Part shown: positions 34,128-46,945 of the stretch, piece after piece
How positions within the stretch are numbered: the stretch's first letter is position 1
Layout: each line of letters opens with the position of its first letter
DNA from: Mobula hypostoma
Lineage: Eukaryota
Assembly: GCF_963921235.1 (NCBI RefSeq)
Contig: NC_086108.1
Coordinates: 107,696,001-107,760,000 of the forward strand
Direction: 5' to 3'
DNA length: 64,000 nucleotides
The notes under the pieces: generated by a model
Told to the model about the DNA's origin: nothing
Database searches by the model: none
The model's input: only the letters and a program-made list of their open reading frames with translations
Made by a program: the position numbers and the translations under genes

Positions 34128-36975
34128 TCAGAATCAGGTTTATTATCACCGGCATGACATGTGAAATTTGTTAACTTAGCAGCAACAGTTCAATGCAATA
34201 CATAATCTAGCAGAGAAAATAATAATATTAAGCAAGAAAATCAATTACATATATTGAATTTTTAAAAAAACATGCAAAAACAGAAATACCGTATATTTTA
34301 AAAAAGGATTAAGGTAGTGTCCAAGGATTCAATGTCCATTTCGGGATCAGATGGCAGAAGGGAAGAAGATTCAAGAGATTCAAGATTCAAAGATTCAAAA
34401 AACTTCATTGTCATTCTAACCATACATCAGCTCTGCAGGGCTGAATGAGATAGTGTTCCTCAGGGGCAGTGCAATCATAACATAACAAATGCAACACTAA
34501 ATAATAAACATAACAATAAATAGTAAATCACAACAGCCACATGTCAGTTAAATCAGTTATAAGTGTCCGGTGCAAGTTAAAAGTGTCCAAAGCAGAGTCA
34601 GGTGCAGCAGCTATTTAGCAGTCTGACTGCCTGTGTGGCTGTTCCTGAATCGCTGAGTGTGTGCTTTCAGGCTTCTGTATCTCCTACCTGATGGTAACAG
34701 TGAGGAAAGGGCATTCCTTGGGTGCTGGAGGTCCTTAATAATGGACGCTGCCTTTCTGAGACACTGCTCCCTAAAGATCTTCTGGGTACTTTGTGGATTA
34801 GTGCCCAAGATGGAGCTGACTAGATTTACAACCTTCTGCAGCTTCTTTTGGTCCTGTGCAGTAGCCCTTCCATACCAGACAATGATGCAGCCTGTCAGAA
34901 TGCTCTCCACAGTACAACTATAGAAGTTTTAGAGTGTATTTGTTAACATGCCAAATCTCTTCAAACTCCTAATAAGTATTACCACTGTCTTGCCTTCTTT
35001 ATAATTATATTGATATGTTGGGACCAGGTTAGATCCTCAGAGATCTTGACACCCAGGAACTTGAAGCTGCTCACTCTCTCCACTTCTGTTCCCTCTATGA
35101 GGATTGGTATGTGTTCCTCCATCTTACCCTTCCTGAAGTCCACAATCAGCTCTTTTGTCTTACTGACGTTGAGTGCCAGGTTGTTGCTGCAACACCACTC
35201 CACTAGTTGGCATATCCCACTCCTGTACACCCTCTCGTCACCACCTGAGATTCTACCAACAATGGTTGTATCATCAGCAAATTTGTAGATGGTATTTGAG
35301 TTATGCCCAGCCACACAGTTATGGGTATAGAGAGAGTAGAGCAGTGGGCTAAGCACACACCCCTGAGGTGTGTCAGTGTTGATCGTCAGTGAGGAGGAGA
35401 TACTCTCACCAATCCACACAAAATGTGGTCTTCCGGTTAGGAAGTCAAGGATCCTATTGCAGAGGGAGGTACAGAGGCCCAGGTTCTGCAACTTCTCAAT
35501 CAGGATTGTGGGAATGATGGTATTAAATGCTGAGCTATAGTCAATGAACAACATCCTGACATAGGTCTTTATGTTGTCCAGGTGGTCGAAAGCCCTGTGG
35601 AGAGCCATTGAGATTGCATCGACCATTGACCTATTGTGACGATAGGCAAATTGCAGTGGGTCCAGGTCCTTGCTGAGGCAGGAGTTCAGTCTAGTCATGA
35701 CCAACCTCTCAAAGCAATTCATCACCGTAGATGTGAGTGCTACCGGGCGATAGTCATCAAGGCAGCCCACATTATTCTTCTTAAGCACTGATATAATTGT
35801 TGCCTTTTTGAAGCAAGTGGGAACTTCCGCCCATAGCAGTGAGAGGTTGAAAATGTCCTTGAGTATTCCCGCTAGTTGGTTGGCTCAGGTTTTCAGAGCC
35901 TTACCAGGTACTCCATCGGGACCTTCCACCTTGCGAGGGTTCACCCTCTTTAAAGTCAGCCTAACATCAGCATCTGAGACGGAGATCACAGGGTCATCAG
36001 GTGCAGCAAGGATCTTCACAGCTGTAGTTGTGTTCTCCCTTTCAAAGCATTGAGTTCATCTGGTAGTGACGCATCGCTGCCATTCACGCTCTTGGGTTTC
36101 GCTTTGTAGGAAGTTATGTTTAGCAGACCCTGCCAGACTTTCCGTGCATCCAATGTCGCCTCCAACCTCGTTCGAAATTGTCTCTTCGCCCTTGAAATAG
36201 CCCTCCACAAATCATACCTGGTTTTCTGGTACAGGCCTGGGTCGCCAGACTTGAATGCCACAGATCTGGCCTTCAGCAGATGACGTACCTCCTGGTTCAT
36301 CCATGGCTTTTGGTTTGGGAATGTACAGTAAGTCTTTGTGGGCACACACTCATCCACACAGGTTTTAATGAAATCAGTAACCACTGCAGCATACTCATCC
36401 AGATTCAAAGATGAATCCCTGAATACAGTCCAGTCCACTGATTCAAAGTAGTCCTGTAATCATTCCTGTGCTTCTCTTGTCCGTACCTTCTTGGTCCTCA
36501 CTACTGGTGCTGTAGTCTTCAGTCTCTGCCTATACTCAGGGATTGGAAGTACAGCCAGGTGATCAGACTTCCTGAAGTGAGGGCGTGGAAAAGTATGGTA
36601 GACATTCTCGTTGGTGGTGTATTAATGGTCTAATGTGTTTTTTCCTCTGATATTGCAAGTGATCTGTTGATGGTAGTTGCTTAGTGATTTTTTCAGACTG
36701 GCCTGATTAAAATCCCCCAAAACAATGGCGAAGGTGTTAGGGTGCGCTGTTTCGTGCATGTTGATCCCATTGCTCAGATCATCTAAAACCTGATTGACAT
36801 TGGCCTGAGGTGAAATGTATACTGTTACCAAAATGACCCCGGAGAACTCCCGTGGTAGGTAAAAAGGACGGCACTTTACTGCTAGATATTCCAGGTCTGG
36901 TGAGCAGAATTAGGACAGCAGTGATATATTTGTGCACCAAGAAGAGTTGATCATGAGGCATACTCCCCCACCTCT
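34128..36975 (-). mobile_element. Rex1/Babar-clade LINE, 5'-truncated and decayed (APE plus RT)
   Basis: VYISP, LGDFNQ, TLDH (APE); [53 protein letters not shown]; aataaacctgattctg tail; a second Rex tail inserted at about 34367-34635. Confidence 0.9.
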
Positions 36976-37032
36976 CAGATCAAAGAGTCATACCAAACAA
37001 CACAAACAGGCCCATGTACCTATCTTGTACAA

Positions 37033-37600
37033 TTGGTTGGCCTCCATCTGTCTCAAAGGACAGTGAGTGACGATGATCATCATCACAAGCCTGGGTGGAG
37101 GGGATGGAGATCCTGAGATGCCCAGTCGACAAGATCCCCCTCCCGACTTATGAAGCAATACATTTGGCACCAGATTGGCTGCAAGAGCTGCCGGAAGGAT
37201 GTTCAATGATGGCCGGCCGCCTCAGGGACTCCACTCCAGATTTGCTGTCCGGGTTTACTCCCGTAGCCTTCGTCTCTCCCGAGGTGCCCACAAGGCAGTG
37301 GGGCTATTTACCTAAAGCTGGGGATCTGGTTCACGAGCACCAGGGCATGCCCAAACACTGGCAGGCCTACGTGCTACATGTGCAGGCAGGCCCACCGTCC
37401 TCTGTAGTTCAGCCTGAGTCCGAAAGGAGTTCAGTTTTCGCGTGTCACCCGCGAGGAGGCACTACATGATGCTTGATGTTGGAGAGACTGTGTACTGGCA
37501 GGCCGAGACTCACACATTCAGCCCTCCTTCTCGCAAGACTGCGAGCCAGCAGTGGAAGCTGAAAGTGAGTTCGACGAGCACTACCCACTACACTACCACA
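37033..37600 (-). mobile_element. Internally deleted RTE-like element (5'UTR fused to 3' tail)
   Basis: RTE-type gaaggctacgggagtaaacccggacagcaaatctggagtggagtccctgaggcg and tail tgtcctttgagacagatggaggccaa; no ORF. Confidence 0.65.
37403..37466 (-). ncRNA. HDV-like ribozyme core (candidate)
   Basis: P2 TGTAGT/ACTACA, P3 GCC/GGT, L3 TCCTCGCG, P4 ctga..tcc-tttc-gga..tcag, J4/2 GCTGA; P1/P1.1 imperfect. Confidence 0.6.
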
Positions 37601-38109
37601 CTAGACGCATCACAACAACCATTTTGACACAACTACACCATCCTTTATAATCAGTGCCCCAAGAGGTGAAGGTCACTGGGCCCTAAGCACCCTTCATCAC
37701 CTTATCTACCTGTGGCTCCACTTTCAGTGTACTCCAAGGTCCCTCTGTTATGCAGCACCTCCCAGGGCGCTGCTGCTCTCTGTGAAATTCCTATCTGAGT
37801 TTGACTTTCCCCAGTGCAGGTCTTCAACGGTTCAATTTAACATCAGAGAATGTGTACAGTATACAACCTGAAATTCTTACTCTTCACAGACATCCATCAA
37901 GCAGAGAAAAACCCTCAAAGAATGAATGGCGGAAAGAAGTTAGCCCCTCTCTCTCCCACGCACAAGCAACAGCAAAACCATCTGGACTCCCCCCATTCCC
38001 TCCCCCTATTTGTTCCATCAAAAAGCTTTAGCACCCCTCCACCCATATAAGCTTTGGCTCAGTTCAAATGATGGTTTTTGATTAGGATTCTGACTGAGTT
38101 GCGATTTAA

Positions 38110-38735
38110 AACATAGAACAGGACAGCATTGTACAGCGCCTTTCTACCACGATGTTGTGCCAAAACTTTAACCAACTCTCAGATCAGTCTAACTTTTTCC
38201 TTCTACATAGCCCACCATCTTCCTGTTTTCCATTTTCCTTTCTTAAATGCCCTTAATGTCCCCCCTCCACACTACTCCTGGCAGGGCATTACATGCACTC
38301 ATCACTCTCTGTGTCAAAAACTTTTCTCTCATCCACCCCCCACTAAACTTTCCTCCGATTACCATAAAATTATGTTTCCATCTTACTTGTCCTTTCTGTC
38401 CTGGGGAGAAGTCCTTGGCTGTCCACTCGATCTATGCCTCTTATCTTCTTCTTCACCTCTGCTGTGCCACAGAGAACAAGTGGAAGCTGTGAAAGGGGAG
38501 AATGAACAACCAAAAGACCCAACCACTAACCCCAGCCATGACTTAACTACACTAGAATACGTGAAACCCAGGCTGGTCTCTACAGTCAGCTACTGACCCA
38601 CCAATATGCACGTCCCGTAGGAGAGTATCGTACTCGACTCGAGTGATCAAACTACTATTACTAGTACACCTCCATCAAGTCATCCTCCTTTAATCCAGAG
38701 AGAAAAGCCCTCACTCGTTCAACCTATCCTCATGT
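38110..38735 (-). mobile_element. CR1 3' fragment with an unclassified insertion of about 210 bp
   Basis: aacatagaac tail; CR1 sequence resumes after 38670; CACCTC duplicated around the insert. Confidence 0.6.
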
Positions 38736-40925
38736 TTTATATAGGACAAATTTAAATGCATAAAATGGACTTAAAAGAGAGCATCACTCTGCAAACTACA
38801 ATCCTCTTTATCCTAGTATTAACAGTACAAAGTTAACTGTGTGCAGGTTTGATGCTCTTTCCCTTTCAATGTCAAAGTAATAAATCAAAATTAGAACCAG
38901 TTTTATTATCGCTATCATATGTCGTGACATTTGTTGTTTTGTGGCAGCAGTACATTGCAATCCATAGTAATAAAACAACTATACCTTACAATAAGAAATG
39001 CATATTTTTAAAAAATGAACAAGGTTATGTAGTGCAAAAAGCGAGCAAAAACGTAGTGAGGTAGTGCACATTGGTTCTTTGTCCATTCGGAAATCTGATA
39101 GCAGAGGGAGGGAGCTGGAATGCTGTGTCTGTAAGATTTGGATTGTTAAAAGTCTCTCCTGTTGTGTTTAGGGACCTTTCCTGGCCCAGAACACATCCTA
39201 CACAATCAGGAAAGCTTACCAATGCTTCTACTTTCTGAGGAGGCTGGAGAGAGCTGAACTTTGCACATCTATACTCATGACCTTGTACATATGTGCAGTA
39301 GAGAGCATGTCCATCCCAGATGGTGAGGGTGCTTAATGATGGATGCTGACCCCCTGAAGACGTCCTTAATGGTGGGGAGGCTTGTCCTCACGGTGGAGCT
39401 GCCTGAGTCTGCGACACTCTGTGGCCTCTTTTCATCCTGTGCATGGGAGCCTCCTGCTCAGATGGTGTTTCTCTTAAAGAATTTTATACCTAATAAATAA
39501 AACTTTAACATTCTCGTCATTTAGAAAATGTTAAACCATTCCCCCCCCCCCCCCAAGCAAATCCAACAAATAGCAATTTCGTTTCAAACAAGTAACCAGC
39601 AATATAAGAATTAGGGCCACGACATTGTACGGGATCCTTCCGCTCCATCTGGAAAGGACAGAGTACGAGGGGAGAACTTTACCTTAATGCCCTAGCTGAA
39701 AGCTTCCCCTATAGCCAATCACAGGAAAAGAAATAACATAAGGCAGAATAAAGTGTTACATTTACAGAGATAGTCTGTAAGGTCAGAACAAGGTAGATTG
39801 TATTGTTAATATTTATATATTTAGAGATACAACACAGAACAAGCCCTTCTGACCTAATGAATCACACTGCCCAGGAGCCCATCTGTTTAACCCTGGCCTA
39901 GTCACGGAACAACTTACAATGACCAATTAACCTACCAGCCGGTACGTCTTTGGAATGTGGGAGGAAACCAGAGCACCTGGAGGAAACCCATATAATCACA
40001 TAAGAACGTACAAATTCCTTGCAGGCAGCCCTGGACTTGGACTTGAACTCCAAACTGTGATGCCCGAGCTGTAATAGTATCACGCTGACCTGTACACTAC
40101 TCTGGTACCCTTTGCCCATGGTAAGGTCTTGACACTGCAGTAGAGTAGCAGTTAATAGTCTTGACATTACTATTGTAAGAACAAGAGTCCAACTTCTTGT
40201 ATTTGGAGACCACTCCAAAGTCTTATAGCAGCAGTGCCAAGGCCTGGCCATTGGTGCTTTCAGGTTTTGGAATCAACTGCCTAATGGAAGCGGTGGGAAG
40301 AGATAATGTCGAAGGTGAGAGAGGTCTTTAATTCTCCTGGCTGCTTTTCCAAGCAGTGTGAGGACCTCTGAGAGAATGAAATTCTACACGGCTCATATTT
40401 GATATTTTAAAGATTAGCTTTATTTGTCACATGTACAATGAAACATACAGTGAAATACATCAGTTGTGTCAACGGGCATCATAGTCCAAGGCTACACAGA
40501 GAGTAGCCCACGTGTGTTGCCATGTTTCCAACGCCAACATACCTTGCCCACAACTTACTAACCCTAACCCGCATGTCTCTGGAATGTGAGATGAAAGCAG
40601 AGCACCCAGAGGAAACCCACGCAGTCGTAGAGAAAGCAGACAAACTCCTTACAGACACCTGCGATAACTGAACCCCAATCGTGGCACTCTAAAGTATTAC
40701 ATTGGTCACTACCCCACCGTGCCAGCTGCTTTGTGGTGGCACAGTGACGTGGCAGTTAGCATAATACTATTACAACGTCAGCAACCCAGTCTGAAAGGAG
40801 TTTGTATGGTTCTCCCCGTGACCGGGTGGGTTTCGGTTCCGGTTCCTCCCATGTTCCAAAGATGTATTATTCCAAAGAAGGTTTATTAGTGTAATTCCTA
40901 TTCTGCTGTATCTCTGAAATTAAAT

Positions 40926-41121
40926 TGTTAATGTTTTGTAACTCCAAAACATAAAAACTAATTGAAAGGAAAACAAGGAGTCGGGTTGAGAGTTTAACTT
41001 TGTTTTTACTTTAAGCGAGGCGCGCCTTATCATGTGGTGACGTGATGATGTATGCCATTTACGTATTTTTACATATAACCTGAAATGCATTATGTATACA
41101 ACAGATATTAAATACACAACA
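40926..41121 (-). mobile_element. Solo LTR (Gypsy-like), copy 1
   Basis: TGTT...AACA termini, 4-bp TSD AAAT; homologous to 46703-46945 and 51142-51391. Confidence 0.65.
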
Positions 41122-42524
41122 AAATAAATATAAGTATTTAATTGTCTGGCCCTTTACCATGAAGCAGTGAACCATGTTCAAGGCTTTCCCGTTATCATCT
41201 CAGTGCTATTTGTTAAGCTGGTTTGGGATCATACATTTCAATAAGATTGCTCCTCATTCTTCTAAACTCCAAGGAACACAGATGCAAACTCTTTAGCCTT
41301 TTCCAATAGGAGAAGTAATTTTTGAGCTTGGGGGAGGTTTCTTCTTGCTTGTCGAGAGCCCAGCTGGTTTCTATCCAATTGTGAAAGGTGCAATATTGTT
41401 GTTAGAAAATCCAAATGTTCATCTTTGTTTATCCGGGAAGAAACCCTGTGATTCCTACTTCGTTGCCGCTTGGGACCTGTGAAAGGGTCTCACCAGCTGC
41501 TTAGTTGATTAAAAAACATAACAATAGTTTTCTCCGACAACTTCTGGGGACATCCGAGTGTCCCACGTGCGGCCGTGAAAGTGTCATCCATTTACTGAGA
41601 CGCAGAATAAAAGCACAGTGAATGATAGACACAGCCCTATTGAGTGCGGCGCTGGCTAATTTGTGTCTGAATTAACCTGGAGACATGGCTAAATGCGTAT
41701 TAACAGAGCAGGGAAATTAAAAGAAGAATGCAAAGAAGGTTTCAGTAACCGGTCTCTGAAAGAACATGGATAAATGTTATTCTGAATCTGTCTGACTAAG
41801 GCATATTGATGACTTGAAGCTGGGGTTCCCTTACTTTCAATGCATGTGGGTGATAGTGAGGTTTCTCTCCTTTTTGCTTAGTTCTCGGGGCTTTTGAAGT
41901 GATTTCTATGACAGCGCAAACAATTTTCATGAGAAGATTTTGCTTGTTTGCTCTGCTGCAGGGGTCAGGAGAGTTCAGGCAGCTATTGATCTCTTTTGGG
42001 TTTCATGTCTGCCATCTTTTGAGGAAGCATTTGCCTGTCTTTTAGTATCTTGCGGGTTCATCCTGGGCATTGACCATGTTAATATATCCATGTGAGATTC
42101 AATTTATATCCTGTTTCAATGAAGATGCCAGCCAATTGAAATGAAAATAAGATTATTTTATTTAATTATTTAGAGATACAGCGCAGAACAGGCCCTTTGA
42201 TCTGTGCCACCTGGTAACCCACCTATTTAACCCTAGTGTAATCATGGGATGATTTACAATGATCAATTAACCTAATAACCAGTACGTCTTGAGACCATGG
42301 GTGGAAGCCCACATGCACATGGGAACGAGTGTAAAAACTTGCTTACAGAGGACATCAGAATTGAACTCTGAACTCCGATGCCTCGAGCAATGATAGTTTT
42401 GCTGTAACTGCTACACCACCATGGAGATAGAGTAAAAGATATAGTGCAGGGCTTGCCGTTGAAGTTTCCATAAAGAAGAGAGCATCAGCACTAACTTTTT
42501 AAAGCAGGACTTTTAAAGACTAAG

Positions 42525-43169
42525 GATTAGATTAGATTAGATTATGAGGACAGTCAGTCCTCGTTGATTGTCATTTAGAAATGCATGCATATAAAAATGA
42601 TACAATGTTCCTTCAGAAAGTTATCACAGAGACACAGGACAAACCAAGACTAAAACTGACAAAACCACATAATTATAACATATAGTTACAACAGTGCAAA
42701 GCAATACCGTAATTTGATACAGAGTAGACCATGGACACTCAAGTCCCGATAGCCCCATCATCTCACGCAGACGGTAGAAGGGAGAAACTCTCCCTGCCAT
42801 GAAGCTCCAAGCGCCGCAAACTTGCCGATGCATTGGAAACACCCGACTGCAGCCGACTCTTGAGTCCGTCCAAAAACTTCGAGCCTCCAACCAGCCCTCC
42901 GACACCGAGCACCGAGCGCTTCGACCCCGCCCCGGCTGCCGAGCAACAAGCAAAGCCGAGGACTCGGGGCCTTCCCCTCCGGAGATTCTGGATCACACAG
43001 TAGCAGCGGCAGTGAAACAGGCATTTCAGAAGTTTTACCAGATCTCCGTGCTCTCACGTCCACCTCCATCAGATCAGGATTGTGCACGGCCCCCTACTTG
43101 ACAGTTAACAGGTATTCATTCGGAACGGCCACTGCAAGCTGCGTCACGCTGCCATCTTCTCCTCCCTCT
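42525..43169 (-). mobile_element. About 650-bp non-autonomous retroposon (Rex/L2-like ends), copy 1
   Basis: 5' end ggagaagatggcag, CpG-rich body, 3' aaatgacaa..aacgaggactg..ata(atcta)n; GATTAG duplicated; homologous to 58245-58923. Confidence 0.7.
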
Positions 43170-43590
43170 TGATTAGCTTTACATTACAACATTGAGTCAA
43201 AGTATACAGTGAAATGCGTCATTTCCATCAGCGACCAACACAGTCCGAGGATGTGCTGGGCAGCCGTCAAGTGTCACCTTGCTCCTGGCGTCGAACTGGC
43301 ATGCCCACAATTCACTAATCTAAACTGTGTATCCTTGGGTTGTAGGACGTAACTGAAACATCTAGAGGAAACCCAAAAGGCCACAGCATGAAAGTGCAAA
43401 CTCTTCGTAGACAGCAGCGGGAATTGAACTCCGATCACTGGTACTGTAAGGCATAATACTAAACTCTATGTTACCATGCTGCCCATACTGGGCAGATAGC
43501 ACAGGAGTATTTAGGGGATTGGCACAGGGAGATGGATGGAAGAGGGTGATGTTGTTAATCTATAGGGAAAAGGAGTTAGATTAATTAGTG

Positions 43591-43689
43591 CAAACACAAG
43601 GAATTCTGCAGATGCTGGAAATTCAAGCAACACACATCAAAGTTGCTGCCTGGCCTGCTGTGTTCACCAGCAACTTTGATGTGTGTTGC
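43591..43689. mobile_element. 100-bp Penelope-derived mini-foldback
   Basis: Perfect 24-bp arms (43625-43648/43668-43691); 15-bp TSD TTAGA(T/G)TAATTAGTG. Confidence 0.85.
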
Positions 43690-44417
43690 TTAGAGTAATT
43701 AGTGAATTGGTTTAATTAATTCAGCACAACATTGTAGGCTGAAGGGCCTTTCCTCTGCTATATTGCTCTGTGATTGACTCCGTCACCTTAACCCTTTTAG
43801 GCAACGAATCTAGATTCTTGAGTCATATATCATCAGAATACAATTTTACCCAGTTAGATCAGGGATGAGGAAGAATATTCTTTTAGCCAGAAGGTGGTGA
43901 ATCTGTGAAATTCAGTGCCACAGACAATTGTGGAGGCCAAGTCATTGGGCATATTTGGAGGTTGATAGGTTCTTGATTAGCAATGGCATCAAAGGTTACG
44001 GGGAGAAGACAGGAGAATGAGGTTGAAAGGGATAATAAATCAGTCTTGGAGCAGTCTCGATGAGCTGAGTGGCCTCTCAGTCAGAAAGTCTAAGTCTTCC
44101 TCATCTAAATATGAATCGTCGCCCTCTTGTTTCAGACTCTTTGAATTTAGATCCCATGGCCTTGGGAATAAGATACACCTTAGCTCAATCCCTCATGACT
44201 CTATGATTCCATTTTGGTGCTGTTTTACCCTGTGGCCTTTTTACATTGAGGGTGATGAGTATTTGGTTTGATCTAGTGGGGAAGTTGGTACAGTAACAAT
44301 TTATAAAATTCTCACTGTGAAATGGGACTAGCTTAGATTGGCGTGGACCAGTTGGGCCAAAGGGCCTGTTTCTAGGGTAAGACCTTTGACGTCCTGACTT
44401 AGCAAGAACCTATCAAA

Positions 44418-44965
44418 GGTCCTCCGTTGGTTGGGATTGACTATGGATGTTGAATCCTAGCTGTCATACCCAAGCCAGAACAAGAAAAGCAAGCTCTAGC
44501 CCATGAAGCAGTCTCCCCCTCTCCGAGCAGCTGATGAATGGCAGAGACCAATAGAGTTTTGTATCAGTGGTATCATAGGACTTGCCAGTCAGCATTGAAC
44601 TCAATGTGGGACAGCCTTAGGGTCTCCACTGGGGATTACATCAGAAGTCTTCCCCTTGAGTGGGTATAGTCGCAAGGAAACAGAGGTTTGAGATCAGAGT
44701 TTTCCTTCTCCTCGATGAGCTGCCAACCATGGATGAAGAGTACAATCTGTCCAAAGTGACCTGTTTTAAGGCACCAGTAACCCGCCTTTTCTCCTTCTCC
44801 TATCAGTAGAAACAATTCCGTTGCCTTTTGTAACTAAGCCACACATGAAGTACAAAAGCTGGGCTTGGTTGTCAGAGGCTATTTTAGATGTATGCATATG
44901 GTAGTATTTAATAGATCGTGGGAGCTTGTCCTCGTTACCACCCTGGCTATGACAGTACTAAGGAG
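44418..44965 (-). mobile_element. Non-autonomous RTE-derived repeat, copy 2
   Basis: Reverse complement of 13760-14265; inserted in a minus-strand CR1 (aagaacctatcaa duplicated). Confidence 0.55.
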
Positions 44966-45927
44966 CCAAGAACCTATCAACCTCTGCTTTAAATACAGTG
45001 TATAGCAATGAATTCCCCCTTCTGGCTAAAGAATTTCGTCTTCATCTCCATTCTGAGGATGTGCCTCTGGTCCTGAACTCCCCCTCCCCCCCCACCGGCC
45101 CCCTACCTCCCCCATTAGAGAAAACAACCTCTCCAAGTCCACTCTGTCTAAGCCTTTCAGTATTTAATAAGTTTCAATAAGATCCCTCTTCATTCTTCTA
45201 ATCTCCAGCAAGTATAGGCTAAGAGCTATCAAACGCTCCTCATACATTAACTCCTTCCTTTCTGGGATCATTCTCGTAAACGTCCTCTGGACTGTCTCCA
45301 ATATCAGCACAAGGGGCCCAAAACTGCTCACAATACTCCAAGTGCAGTCTGACCGATGGTTATAAAGACTCAGCATTGCATCTTTGCTTTTGTAGCACAG
45401 TGCAGTAACATATTGGTCAGCACAGCGCTCCACAGTGCAGGCGATCTGGGTTCTATTCCCACCACTACTGTCTTTAAGGAGATGGCATGTTCTCTCTGTG
45501 ACCACACAGGCTTCTTCCAGGTGCTCCAGTTTACTCCCAAAGTCCTGGTCGGTAGGTTAAATGGTCATTGTAAACTGTCCCGTGAATAGGTTAGGCTTAA
45601 ATTGGGGATTGCTGGGCAGCGTGGCTCGATGGGCCAGGAGTGCCTATTCCGCACTGTATCTCAATAAAATATTTAAAAAATTCTAGTCCTCGCTAAGCAA
45701 AACCTGAGCGGCTTTTTTTCTGTGGTTGTCCAGAACAAGCAGCCAGTAGAAGTGGTTGAGGCAAGTAATTACAGTGTTCAAAAGACATTTAGACAGGTAC
45801 ATGGTAGGAAAGGTTTGGAGTGATATGAGCCTAACAAAAGAAAATAAAAACATGAAATCATAAAAACATAAAAATATCTAGCACATAAAAGCATTTTCAT
45901 TGGCATGGGCCAGCTGGCTAAAGGTCA

Positions 45928-46317
45928 TAAACACAAAAGATTCTACAGATGCCGGAAATCCAGACTAAGACACACAAAATGGACGCCACGGTAGTTCGAT
46001 GCTATTATAGCTTGGGTTGTTGGAGTCTGGGGTTCAATTCCTACCGCCGTCTGTAAGGAGTATATATGTTCGTCTCGTGACAGTGTAGGCTCCCTCTAGG
46101 TACTCCAGACTCCTCACATCGTCTCGTTGCACTGCACTGTGTCTCTAAATAAAATTATGCGTGAAATTTGGAGTAAGTCAGCAGGTTAGGCAGCATCTAT
46201 GGAGATGATTAAATAGTCAGAACTGATGAAGGATCTTGGCCTGGAATGTCGACTGTTTATTCCCCTCCATGGATGCTGCCTGACCTGCTGAGTTCCTCCA
46301 GCACTTTGCGTGTGTTA
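45928..46317. mobile_element. Penelope-derived foldback interrupted by a V-SINE
   Basis: Inverted 3' ends around ctgatgaaggatcttggcctggaatgtcgac; flanking repeat cagct(g/c)gctaaag. Confidence 0.65.
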
Positions 46318-46702
46318 CAGCTCGCTAAAGAACCTGTTTCCATGCTGAATAATTCCGTAACGCTATCATTTTAATTAATTTTTGTTAATTTACTTCTGCT
46401 GTCTAGATTTAAGTAAATTTGTTATGTTTTAATTATTTATTAATTTTTAATTTACTCATTTAACTGTTTTTCAACTGTTTCTAACCATTAGGGACATAAC
46501 CAGAATCTGTTTTATCATCACCAACATACTTTTTGTGAAATTTGTTCTTTTACAGGAGAAGTAGAGTGAAAAGACTTAAAATTATTATGTTTTGTATCTG
46601 TCTCTATTACTGTCCCTAGAAGTGCATTCCACGCATCTGCCACTCTCTAAAATGTGCCCCTCATTTCTCTTTTAAGCTTTCCCCCATTCTTTATCTGTAT
46701 GC

Positions 46703-46945
46703 TGTTGTGTATTTAATATTCCAATAAAATTTGAGTAATCTTGTGTACATATTGGTTGATTAAGCATTTGTGTTCTTTTAAATAAATTATTACAGGTTAT
46801 ATTTATAAATATGTGACTTGCATACGTCATCACACTGCCATATGATACATGGGTTCATTGCTTAAAGTAAACTCGAAGTTAGATATGCATTGCAGTCTTC
46901 CGTGACATCCCTTGAATTCACTTAAGGTTTTGAAGGTACACAGTA
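46703..46945 (+). mobile_element. Solo LTR, copy 2
   Basis: Starts TGTTGTGTATTTAATA; reverse complement of the 40926 and 51142 copies. Confidence 0.55.

Noticed and set aside
34611..35788. Host-gene interpretation of the 269-aa and 99-aa ORFs
   Set aside because: Motifs are Rex/Babar RT and C-terminus, with many decayed paralogues in this window
42624..43101. Overlapping ORFs of about 100 aa in the GC-rich repeat (also 58389-58825)
   Set aside because: Frames are not conserved between the two copies; expected in GC-rich DNA
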